Source: an uncultured Acetobacteraceae bacterium
GTDB lineage: Bacteria; Pseudomonadota; Alphaproteobacteria; Acetobacterales; Acetobacteraceae
Reading direction: 5' to 3'
DNA: 64,000 nt
Assembly: GCA_903907955.1 (NCBI GenBank)
Contig: CAIVPZ010000016.1
Location: 123,917-187,916, forward strand
Part shown: positions 1-8,182 of the stretch, piece by piece
How the letters are laid out: each line of letters opens with the position of its first letter
How positions within the stretch are numbered: the stretch's first letter is position 1
Notes under the pieces: model-generated
Told to the model about the DNA's origin: nothing
Database searches by the model: none
Seen by the model: the letters and a program-made list of their open reading frames with translations, nothing else
Program-made: the position numbers and the translations under genes

Positions 1-1179
1 GGTCAACTGGTCCTGATACACGGCCGCCTGTGCCTGGGTGACTGCCTGCCGGGCGGCCTCGATGTTCTGCACGTCGGTCTGGAGCAAACTCGCGGAAGCT
101 GGCGGTGCCGCAGCGGCCAGACCTGTCAGCGTCGTCATGTCGGCGTTCAGCGTGGGCGCGGCACTGGCGGCGGTGGGTGCGGCGGTGACGGCGGTGATGT
201 CGGCGGACACCGTCGGCGCGGCCGTGAGCGCGGTGGCGGTGGTGCTGCTTTGCAGGTCGATGGCCAGGTTGGATTGCGCCGTGGTCAGGGTGATGCTGGC
301 GTTGGTCAGCATGCTGCTGGCCGTCGCCAGGGTGCCGCTGGCGGATGTCAGGTTCGCCTCGGCGGTGACCAGGTTGCTGGTCGCTTTCGCGGTCGCGGCG
401 GCCTGCGTTGCCGTCTGCACGCCCAGGACGGGTGAGCTGCCGCCGTTGGTGGTGTCGGTGATCGACAATGCCCAGGGCGCGCTCTGGGTCGCTGATGTCG
501 CCGTGGGCGTCCAGGTCAGGGTGAGCTGGTGCAGCGTGCCCTGGCTGTCATACACCCCCACCTGCGAGGTCGGGGTCTGCACCTGGGTGTTGGTGGCGTT
601 CAGGACCACCATCGCGTTGCTGGAATTGAGGCCGAGGTGGTAGCCGGTGGGCAGATTGGCGTTCATCGTCATGGTCTGGGTCGCGACCGGGGCGTAGACG
701 CTCTGCGCCACCTGGATCGGCCGGATGTTGCTTTTGTCGAGCACGCCGGTGGTGGGATTGGCGGCCCAGCCGTTCAGATACAGCCCCGAATCATTGGTCA
801 GGTAGCCACTGGCGTTGAGCTGGAAGTCGCCGTCGCGGGTGTAGTACTGCTGGTTGGAAAACGTGGTCTGGCCGGTGGTGGAGACGTTGGCCGCCTTGCT
901 GACGTCGAAGAAGCCCTGGCCGCTGACCGCCAGGGCGAGCGTGTTGCTCGACTGCGTGATGGTTCCCTGCACCGTATTTTCATATCGCGGCGCCGCCACC
1001 ACCGTGCCGGGGTCGTTCACCTTGGCCGAGCTGGTCGTCAGGTAGTCCGAGAAACTAGTGCTGACGCCCTTGAAGCCGACGGTCTGGCTGTTGGCGATGT
1101 TGTCGCTGATGTTGCTGAACGCGGCCGACTGCGCTGCGAGGCCGCTGACGGCGGTATTCATGGCGCCAAGAATTGACAT
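1..1179 (-). CDS. flgE: flagellar hook protein FlgE, N-terminal ~393 codons; the gene continues beyond the window start
   Basis: The reverse complement from the ATG at 1179-1177 translates without stops as MSILGAMNTAVSGLAAQSAAFSNISDNIANSQTVGFKGV...DGDFQLNASGYLTNDSGLYLNGW. This is the flg_bb_rod N-terminal motif with GFK (hook/rod type, not the GYSR of FlgK). A T/S/A-rich variable middle domain follows. Not in the ORF track because it runs off the window. The overlapping plus-strand ORFs 38..643 and 529..1176 are shadow frames. Confidence 0.75.
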   Translation of the reverse strand, partial: MSILGAMNTAVSGLAAQSAAFSNISDNIANSQTVGFKGVSTSFSDYLTTSSAKVNDPGTVVAAPRYENTVQGTITQSSNTLALAVSGQGFFDVSKAANVSTTGQTTFSNQQYYTRDGDFQLNASGYLTNDSGLYLNGWAANPTTGVLDKSNIRPIQVAQSVYAPVATQTMTMNANLPTGYHLGLNSSNAMVVLNATNTQVQTPTSQVGVYDSQGTLHQLTLTWTPTATSATQSAPWALSITDTTNGGSSPVLGVQTATQAAATAKATSNLVTAEANLTSASGTLATASSMLTNASITLTTAQSNLAIDLQSSTTATALTAAPTVSADITAVTAAPTAASAAPTLNADMTTLTGLAAAAPPASASLLQTDVQNIEAARQAVTQAQAAVYQDQLT

Positions 1180-1531
1180 GGGGGTCTCCGGTCGGTGGCC
1201 TGGGGGCGGTGCGCCGCGACGGGCGCTGCGTGCGGCAACATGCTTGGCAGGAACCATGCCAGGCGCCGCGCCGCGCCACGCCTTGGCCCGGCAGGGCGCG
1301 CCTTGTGCCACCCGGCAGGTTGATCCCGGCAGGATCTGCCGGGCTGCGCGGCTGGCCGCCCCGATTCCTCTTGCTACGTCGTCCCTGGCGGTCCGGGAGT
1401 TTGCGAATGAATGCCCGCGACGCTCCGATCTTGCCAAAAAAGCTCAATGATATCAGAGTGCTTTCATTCACAAGTTCGATTGCTTCACAAGCTCTGAGCC
1501 GGGCTGGCGCAAGGCGGGTTCGGACGGTGGC
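1180..1531. promoter_or_regulatory. divergent flagellar intergenic region between flgE (minus) and fliK (plus), AT-richer than the flanking genes
   Basis: 352 bp between two divergent start codons. Contains AT-rich tracts such as aaaaagctcaatgatatcagagtgctttcattcacaag. No specific sigma motif recognised. Confidence 0.3.
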
Positions 1532-3214
1532 ATGGGCATGCCGCCTTGCTGGCACGGGGCATGCTTGGGCGGGCTGTCTGTGGGCAGGCATGCGCTGCCA
1601 GGGGAGACCAGCCCCCGCTTCCCGCTCCAGCGAGGAATCCCGATGCCTTCACTTGCCGTTGCCACTCCGGCTGCCTCCTTCGGTTCGGCCGCGCTACCGC
1701 CGGCCGCGGCGGTACTGCTCGCCGCGCCGTTCGCGGCACGGTTTGCCGGCATGCTCGATGCCGTGCCGGGGGCGGCGGCCGGGGGAGGGGCTGCGGCGGT
1801 GACGTCGTGCGGACTGCAACCGGCTGGCACGCAAGCCGTGACGGTCGATGCCGGCGGGGATTCCGGCGTCGCGGCGGCGACGCCGCATCCCCGGGGGGCG
1901 ATTCCGGCCTTGACCGGCGGCTCGGGCGAGGTCGCGCGGACGGCGCAGACCCGTTCGCCGTCGCGGCGGCCATCGGATGCCGAGCCGGATGCCGGCAGTG
2001 CGGCCGTTGTTGCCGCCGCGTCCTGGCCGGCCGGAATTGCGCTTGCCAGCGCGTTCCCCCTTGCCATCGTCGCGCCGGTGGTCACCGGTCAGGCCCCACC
2101 CCCGGCGACCGTATCTGATCTCATCGCGTCGCACGGCGAAGGCGGGAGCGGCATGTCGGCAGCCGCGCCGGCAGGTGGCCATCCCGGCGCGCTGCCTGGC
2201 GGCGGGACCGTCGGTTCCGGCATCGCCGCACCGGTGATCCAGCCTGCCGCAGTGCAGACCGGTGCCGACGGTGGCGTGCCATCTGCCGGCGCGCGGCTCG
2301 CCGCGATGGCGCCGCCCGGCACCGCCACCGCGATGCGCAAGGGCGGGACCGGCTGCGCCGCCGCCGCGGACATGCCCGCAACCGGGACGGCCGCGCCCAG
2401 CGCCGGCAATGCCGGGCCGGCACCGCAAGCCAATCCGGCGGCGGCAACCGCGCCGGTCAGTGCCGCCGCGGATGCCGGGTCGTCATGCGCGCCGGCCGGA
2501 TCGTCCGGCCGGCACCGGAGCGCCCCGGACAGCGACGCATCGAGGCCGGCCGCGATCGGCGGCACGCCGGAAAATTCGGCCGGCCAGCACCCGGGCGCCG
2601 TGTCCGCCCCGCTCCCCGAAACCCCGCTGCCGGCGCCCGCGCTGTCCGCCGGCGCGACCCCTGCCGCCGCGGCGCCGGCCACCACCGCGCCGGCCGCCAG
2701 CAGCGCGGCACCCGCGCCGGCCCAGCAGGCCATGCACGCGCTGGTGTCGCTCGGCAGCAGCCAGGGCACGCATCATGTGACGGTCCAGCTCGATCCGCAG
2801 GAACTCGGCCGCCTGCAGATCCGCATCGAACAGCCGCAGGACGGGCCGGCGCGGGTGGCGCTGACCGCTGAGCGGCCCGGGACACTCGATCTGCTGGTGC
2901 GCGACCAGGCCCAGCTGCGCCACGCGCTCGACCAGGCCGGCGTGCCGGCGGAGGGGCGCGCGCTCACCTTCCACCTTGCCGCCAGCGCACCCGACCCGCT
3001 TGCCGACGCGTCGCGCACCGCCCTTGCCTCGGGAACCTCCGGCAGCGCCGCCGGCGACCTCACCGGCGGCGGCCGTGGCGGCGCCCAGCAGGGACCGCAG
3101 CGCGACGGCGCTTCCGCCGGCCAGCCGCGCATGACCGGCGCCGCCGCCGATCCGCCAGCCGACATCCCCCGCGCGGCGCCTTGGCTGCGCGCCGGCATCG
3201 ACATCACCGCCTGA
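1532..3214 (+). CDS. fliK: flagellar hook-length control protein FliK
   Basis: Ala/Pro-rich low-complexity body. The C-terminal segment HHVTVQLDPQELGRLQIRIEQPQDGPARVALTAERPGTLDLLVRDQAQLRHALDQAG matches the Flg_hook domain of FliK. Immediately followed by flgD. The true start may be an internal ATG near 1640. Confidence 0.6.
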   Translation: MGMPPCWHGACLGGLSVGRHALPGETSPRFPLQRGIPMPSLAVATPAASFGSAALPPAAAVLLAAPFAARFAGMLDAVPGAAAGGGAAAVTSCGLQPAGTQAVTVDAGGDSGVAAATPHPRGAIPALTGGSGEVARTAQTRSPSRRPSDAEPDAGSAAVVAAASWPAGIALASAFPLAIVAPVVTGQAPPPATVSDLIASHGEGGSGMSAAAPAGGHPGALPGGGTVGSGIAAPVIQPAAVQTGADGGVPSAGARLAAMAPPGTATAMRKGGTGCAAAADMPATGTAAPSAGNAGPAPQANPAAATAPVSAAADAGSSCAPAGSSGRHRSAPDSDASRPAAIGGTPENSAGQHPGAVSAPLPETPLPAPALSAGATPAAAAPATTAPAASSAAPAPAQQAMHALVSLGSSQGTHHVTVQLDPQELGRLQIRIEQPQDGPARVALTAERPGTLDLLVRDQAQLRHALDQAGVPAEGRALTFHLAASAPDPLADASRTALASGTSGSAAGDLTGGGRGGAQQGPQRDGASAGQPRMTGAAADPPADIPRAAPWLRAGIDITA

Positions 3215-3227
3215 AGGGAACCCCCCC

Positions 3228-3881
3228 ATGAGCATCGCCAGCGTCGCCGCCACCAGCACCAGCAGCGCCACCACCAAGGACGCCGCGGCCTCGCTGTCGG
3301 GCAATCTCCAGGACTTCCTGAAGATGCTGATGACTCAATTGCAGAACCAGGACCCCACCAGTCCGATGGATACCCAGTCGTTCACCACCGAACTGGTGCA
3401 GTTCGCCAGCGTCGAGCAGCAGATCAACACCAACACCAGCCTGACCCAACTGATCTCGCTGACGCAATCCGACGGGCTGCTGCAGGCTTCCTCGCTGGTC
3501 GGGCAGACGGTGGCGGTTTCCGCCAGCCGGATGCCGTTGCAGAACGGCAGCGGCGGGCTGACCTTCACCGCCGGCAGCGCCGGCACGGCGAAGATCGCGA
3601 TCTCGACCACCGCCGGGGCTCCGGTGCTGAACACCACCGTCGACACCACGGCAGGCAGCAATGCCTGGACGTGGAACGGCAAGGATTCGCAGGGCAACGC
3701 GGTGGCCGACGGCTCGTACAACGTCACCGTCACCGGCACCGATTCGACCGGTGCCACCGTGTCGCTGCCGTTCGCCGTGTCCGGCAAGGTCACCGGCATT
3801 CAGAAAACGAGCACCGAGCTGGATCTGCTGCTCGGCGCGCAGAGCGCCAACATCACGACGCTGCAATCGGTTACGAAGTAG
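3228..3881 (+). CDS. flgD: flagellar hook assembly/capping protein FlgD
   Basis: LQDFLKMLMTQLQNQDPTSPMDTQSFTTELVQFASVEQQINT is the conserved FlgD N-terminal motif. A FlgD Ig-like C-terminal region follows. RBS gaagggaa upstream. Confidence 0.8.
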   Translation: MSIASVAATSTSSATTKDAAASLSGNLQDFLKMLMTQLQNQDPTSPMDTQSFTTELVQFASVEQQINTNTSLTQLISLTQSDGLLQASSLVGQTVAVSASRMPLQNGSGGLTFTAGSAGTAKIAISTTAGAPVLNTTVDTTAGSNAWTWNGKDSQGNAVADGSYNVTVTGTDSTGATVSLPFAVSGKVTGIQKTSTELDLLLGAQSANITTLQSVTK

Positions 3882-4842
3882 CTGGCAACAGCCCCCAGAA
3901 GCGGGCGATCTCGGCGGTGGCATCGATGCCGGCGTCGAGCACGAACGCCTCCCGGGCGGCATGCGCCACCGGGAAGCCGTGCGCCATGCCGTCGATGGTC
4001 CAGACCTCGACGGCATCCTGCCACACCCGGCGGCGCAGCCCCGGGCGGGGCGCCAGATCCTGGGTTGGAACCTCGCCCAGCCCGTGCAGCGCCACCCATT
4101 GCGCTTGCAGGTTCGCCGCGTTGGCGGGATCGACCACCCGGTCGGCGCCGCCCTGCCAGATCGAGATGCGGGGCCAGCCACCGCCATAGCCCGGCGGCGC
4201 CATGGCGCGCGCCCTGGCGGCCCAGCCCGGCCCGTCGAGATCGGCCCCGGCGATGTTCATGCGCGCCATCGCCGAGCGCATGTCGCTGGCGCTGCCCACC
4301 GGCAGCCCGGCCACCACCGCGCCGGCGGCGAACACGTCCGGATAGGCCGCCAGCAGGGCCGCCGCCATGGCGCCGCCGGCCGACAAACCGGCCACGTAGA
4401 CGTGCGCGCGGCTGCAGCCGAAGCGGACAATGGCCGCTTCCGCCATGGTGCGGATCGACAGCGCCTCGCCGGCGTTGCGGGCGATGTCGCCGGGGTCGAA
4501 CCAGTTGAAGCAGCGGCCAAGATTGTTGCCGGCGGCCTGTTCCGGCAGCAGCAGCGGCGCGCCCAGCCGGTTGGCCAGCGCGATCCAGCCGGCAGCGGCG
4601 GCGAAATCCGCGGCGTCCTGGCCGCAGCCGTGCAGCAGCACCAGCAGCGGCCCGCCGGGACGCGGCGGGACGGCCGGCACGTGCAGCTTCATGGTCAGCG
4701 CCCCGGGATTGGCGCCGAACGCCGCTTCCAGCACGCCTCCCCGGCGCGCATCGGCAGGCGGCGCCGGCTCCGGCGTCAGGCCGACGGTATCCAGGGCCCG
4801 GCGGATGCCGCCGGGCAGGTGGTCAAGCAGGGTCTTGAACAT
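3871..4842 (-). CDS. esterase of the PHB depolymerase family (alpha/beta hydrolase)
   Basis: The real start MFKTLLDHLPGG at 4842 lies inside track ORF 3871..4935. Motifs LLVLLHGCGQ and the nucleophile elbow GLSAGGAMA. Ends 11 nt before the flgD stop on the opposite strand. Confidence 0.65.
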   Translation of the reverse strand: MFKTLLDHLPGGIRRALDTVGLTPEPAPPADARRGGVLEAAFGANPGALTMKLHVPAVPPRPGGPLLVLLHGCGQDAADFAAAAGWIALANRLGAPLLLPEQAAGNNLGRCFNWFDPGDIARNAGEALSIRTMAEAAIVRFGCSRAHVYVAGLSAGGAMAAALLAAYPDVFAAGAVVAGLPVGSASDMRSAMARMNIAGADLDGPGWAARARAMAPPGYGGGWPRISIWQGGADRVVDPANAANLQAQWVALHGLGEVPTQDLAPRPGLRRRVWQDAVEVWTIDGMAHGFPVAHAAREAFVLDAGIDATAEIARFWGLLPATS

Positions 4843-4852
4843 GCGTCTCCGA

Positions 4853-5080
4853 TCAGGCGGTGTCAGACGGGGCGGCCGGCGTGGCGGCAGGGTTGCCGAT
4901 CGCCGCGGCGATCGCCTGCTGCACCACGTCCCCATCGCCGATATGGTTCGCCAGCAGCAGCACCAGCTTGGCGTCCAGCCGGCGCGACGCGTCCGGCGCC
5001 AGTCCGCGATGCGCTTCGACCAGTGCCTCGAACAGCGTGTCCGGGTCGGTCAGGCGGGGGGTGAGATCGAGCGTGCTCAT
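4853..5080 (-). CDS. DUF2783 small protein
   Basis: 75 aa, MSTLDLTPRLTDPDTLFEALVEAHRGL. This family is typically co-encoded with MhpA-type hydroxylases. Its start codon overlaps the stop of the upstream monooxygenase. Confidence 0.5.
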   Translation of the reverse strand: MSTLDLTPRLTDPDTLFEALVEAHRGLAPDASRRLDAKLVLLLANHIGDGDVVQQAIAAAIGNPAATPAAPSDTA

Positions 5081-6750
5081 GCCGGTATGCGCTGCCTTTC
5101 GTCGCCGGTGATGCCAAGCGCCCGCCGCCGCGCCGCCGCCACCGCGACGGCGTCGAAGCTGCGCCAGCGCGCCGCCACATGCTGGTCCGGCCGCAGCAGC
5201 ACCGCGGTGCCGGACTGCGCGTCATAGCGGGCGGCGGCCAGCCCCTCGCGGTCCCACAGCACGCCGTCGCCCTCGACCGGGCTGACGAACACCGAACGCA
5301 CCGGCCAGGCCCCCTGCCGCGTGCGGCCGGCGGGGGCGGTCAGCGCGGCGGCCGGCGCTTCGTCAGGGGTGCCGAACAGCAGCAGGGTGAAGCCGTCGGC
5401 GGTCAGGTGGCGCAGCAGCCAGTCCTCGCGCCCGTCGCAGACCACCGGGGCGTCGGCGGCCGGGGCGCCGGGGGGCAGGCCGCCGGTCCAGCTGCCGGCA
5501 TCCGGCGTGTTCAGCCGGCTGGCGCGCAGCACGGCGGGCTCCGACAGCCGCCCTGAATTGACCAGCGGGCGGGCGAAGGCGTGCTGTTCGGACAGTTCCA
5601 GCACGGCGTCGCGATAGGCCCGCGCCGCCTCGTTTTTGGGGGTGATGAAGTCGGTGCTGCGGGTGGAGGCGAGGATGTTCTCGTCGGCCGCCGCCGCGCG
5701 CTCCTCATCGTAGGTGTCCAGCAGCGTTTGCGGCGCGTCGCCGCGCAGCACGGCCAGCAGCTTCCAGGCCAGGTTGTCGGCGTCCTGCACGCCGGAATTG
5801 CCGCCGCGGGCGCCGAACGGGCTGACCTGATGGGCGGCGTCGCCCAGGAACAGGATGCGGCCGTGGCGGAATTTTTCCAGCCGCCGGCAGCGGAACGTGT
5901 AGATGCTCAGCCACTCCAGCTCGAACGGAACATCCGGGCCGAGCATGGCGCGGACCCGGGCGCAGACCCGGTCGGGCGCGCGTTCGGCCTCGGGGTCGCT
6001 GTCCCAGCCGAGCTGGAACTCGATGCGCCAGACGTCGTCGGCCTGCCGGTGCAGCAGCACCGAGCCGCCGCGGTGGAAGGGCGGGTCGAACCAGAACCAG
6101 CGCTCGGCCGGGAAGCCGGCCTTCATCAGCACGTCGGCGATCAGGAAGCGGTCGCGGAACACCTTGCCGACGAAAGGCAGACCCAGGGTCTCGCGCACGA
6201 AGCTGTGCGCGCCGTCGCAGGCCAGCACCCATTCGGCGGTCAGGCGGTAGCTGCCGCCCGGCACTTCGATCGTCAGATCCACCGCGTCGGGGCGGTTCTC
6301 CACCGCCACCACCCGGTTGCGCCAGCGCAGGTCAACCAGCCCGGTGGCCTGGCAGGCCTCCACCAGCCATTGTTCCAGGTAGTACTGCTGGAGGTTGACG
6401 AAGGCCGGGTACTGGTGCCCGGGTTCCGCCAGCAGGTCGAACGCGAAGATGCTGCGGTCGCCGAAAAACACCTGGCCGACATTCCAGGTCACGCCCTTGC
6501 CGAGCAGCCGCGCGCCGAGGCCGAGCCGGGCGTAGATCTCCAGCGTGCGCTTGGCGAACGAGATCGCGCGCGAGCCGACGCTGACCGTCTCGTCGTCATC
6601 GAGCAGCACCACCTGCTGGCCGCGATGGGCCAGGTCGAGCGCCGTGGTCAGCCCGACCAGCCCGCCGCCGACCACCACGACCTTGTGGCGGGCGCCGTCA
6701 TCGGTCGGCGGCACGTGCGCATAGTGGGGATGGACATAGGTGCTTTGCAT
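5077..6750 (-). CDS. FAD-dependent aromatic-ring monooxygenase (MhpA/PheA-TfdB-like hydroxylase)
   Basis: Start MQSTYVHPHY at 6750. GxGxxG motif VVVVGGGLVGLTTALDL, DG motif ACDGAHSFVR, and GD motif LGDAAHQVSPFGARGGNSGVQDA. The thioredoxin-like C-terminal domain is typical of this family. Confidence 0.7.
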   Translation of the reverse strand: MQSTYVHPHYAHVPPTDDGARHKVVVVGGGLVGLTTALDLAHRGQQVVLLDDDETVSVGSRAISFAKRTLEIYARLGLGARLLGKGVTWNVGQVFFGDRSIFAFDLLAEPGHQYPAFVNLQQYYLEQWLVEACQATGLVDLRWRNRVVAVENRPDAVDLTIEVPGGSYRLTAEWVLACDGAHSFVRETLGLPFVGKVFRDRFLIADVLMKAGFPAERWFWFDPPFHRGGSVLLHRQADDVWRIEFQLGWDSDPEAERAPDRVCARVRAMLGPDVPFELEWLSIYTFRCRRLEKFRHGRILFLGDAAHQVSPFGARGGNSGVQDADNLAWKLLAVLRGDAPQTLLDTYDEERAAAADENILASTRSTDFITPKNEAARAYRDAVLELSEQHAFARPLVNSGRLSEPAVLRASRLNTPDAGSWTGGLPPGAPAADAPVVCDGREDWLLRHLTADGFTLLLFGTPDEAPAAALTAPAGRTRQGAWPVRSVFVSPVEGDGVLWDREGLAAARYDAQSGTAVLLRPDQHVAARWRSFDAVAVAAARRRALGITGDERQRIPA

Positions 6751-7109
6751 TGGCCGCTCCGCCCGTTTACCGGACGATCTCCCCACTTTGTGCGCGCGTG
6801 GTTCCCGGACAGCGGGAGGCGCGGGACGCCGGTATGGCATGGCACTGCAACATCACGATCTGCCGCCCTGGAACTGGCCCGCCCCAGGCGCGCCGAACAG
6901 CATGGCCAGGTCGCTGGTCGCGGCGAATCCCGCCATGCGCTCACTTCCCCTCCGGTTCCGTCGCGGTCCCGGGAGGTGGTTTAGCAGACCTCGGCGGCGC
7001 GCGCCTGCCCCGCCGGGAGGCTGCGAACGATTATTGTTGCGTGCCCTCATGTAAATCCTTTCAAACGCTCCCACCTGCTATCCTGCGTATCACTCACTGG
7101 TGGTTACAA

Positions 7110-7676
7110 ATGAAAACAATCGGGGACACCTACACAGACGTCGGCACTTTCGAGGGTACCGAGGTCTCTCGCAACGCCGACGCCTTCCTGCTGGAGGAGT
7201 TTCTACCCTACGAACTCTCGGTCGCATCCGGCCGAACCTCCCGCCTGTTCGCCCGCCGTTTCGAGTCGGCGTTCGGGCTGAGCATCTCGGAGTGGCGGGT
7301 GATGGCCGTGGTGGGGCGGTTCGGCACCATCACGCCCAGCGCGGTGGCGGAACGCACCGACATGGACAAGGTGAAGGTCAGCCGCGCCACGGCAAGCCTG
7401 GTGGCGGCGAACCTGCTGGAGCAGGGGCCGGCGCCGCATGACGGCCGCGCCCGCCTGCTGCGCCTCACCCGCAAGGGCCGGGCGGTGCATGACGGCATCG
7501 TGCCGCTGGCGCTGGCGCTGGAGGCGCAGGTTGCCGCGGGGCTGACCGACGAGGAATGGACCACGCTGCGGAGCTGTCTGCGCCGCCTGCAGGAGCATGT
7601 GCGCACGCTGGAAAATGCGGCGCTCATGCAGGCCACTCACCGGCGCCTGCGGGACGTGCCGCACGCGATGAAGTGA
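7110..7676 (+). CDS. MarR-family transcriptional regulator, divergent from the monooxygenase operon
   Basis: Start MKTIGDTY at 7110. Winged-helix segment ISEWRVMAVVGRFGTITPSAVAERTDMDKVKVSRATASLVAANLLEQGPAPHDGRARLLRLTRKG. The 120 upstream codons of track ORF 6750..7676 look non-protein. Confidence 0.7.
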   Translation: MKTIGDTYTDVGTFEGTEVSRNADAFLLEEFLPYELSVASGRTSRLFARRFESAFGLSISEWRVMAVVGRFGTITPSAVAERTDMDKVKVSRATASLVAANLLEQGPAPHDGRARLLRLTRKGRAVHDGIVPLALALEAQVAAGLTDEEWTTLRSCLRRLQEHVRTLENAALMQATHRRLRDVPHAMK

Positions 7677-7684
7677 TGGGGGAA

Positions 7685-7712
7685 GGCCAGGGGGCAGTGC
7701 GGTCCCCTGGCC
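7685..7712. terminator. bidirectional hairpin between the convergent genes marR and bcp (degenerate REP-like)
   Basis: GGCCAGGGG-gcagtgcggt-CCCCTGGCC, a perfect 9-bp stem, between the marR stop (7676) and the bcp stop (7718). Confidence 0.4.
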
Positions 7713-7717
7713 ATTCT

Positions 7718-8182
7718 TCACAGCGCCGCCGCTGCCGCCGCCACATCCCGGGCATGGCCCTCGACCTTTACCTTGTGCCAGGCCCGGGCGATTTTTCCTG
7801 CCGCATCGACCAGAAAGGTCGAGCGTTCGATTCCCATGTACTTTTTTCCGTACATCGCCTTCTCGACCCACACGCCATACGCCTCGGCGGCGGCCTTGGT
7901 TTCGTCGGAGGCGAGCGGGAAGGTGAGGTTGTGTTTGGCGGCGAACTTCTCGATCGGCTTGATCGGGTCGGGTGACACGCCGATCACCTCCAGGCCGAGC
8001 TGCCCCAGTTGCGGCAACGCCTCCTGGAAGGCGCAGGCTTCCTTGGTGCAGCCGGAGGTATCGGCCTTCGGATAGAAATACAGGATGTATGGCCTGCCCA
8101 GCAGCGCCGCGCTGCTGACCGTGCGCCCGCCGCTCGCCGGCAACGCGAATGCGGGCGCCGCATCGCCCTCCTGAACGCTCAT
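7718..8182 (-). CDS. bcp: thioredoxin-dependent peroxiredoxin Bcp
   Basis: YFYPKADTSGCTKEACAF holds the peroxidatic Cys; overall AhpC/TSA fold. 154 aa. Its start codon overlaps the glnE stop by 1 nt. Confidence 0.8.
   Translation of the reverse strand: MSVQEGDAAPAFALPASGGRTVSSAALLGRPYILYFYPKADTSGCTKEACAFQEALPQLGQLGLEVIGVSPDPIKPIEKFAAKHNLTFPLASDETKAAAEAYGVWVEKAMYGKKYMGIERSTFLVDAAGKIARAWHKVKVEGHARDVAAAAAAL

Noticed and set aside
6750-7109. N-terminal extension of the MarR ORF (track ORF 6750..7676, 308 aa)
   Set aside because: The 120 upstream codons (MAAPPVYRTISPLCARVVPGQREARDAGMAWHCNITICRPG...) have no protein-like character and overlap the monooxygenase promoter region. The MarR domain begins at the ATG at 7110.
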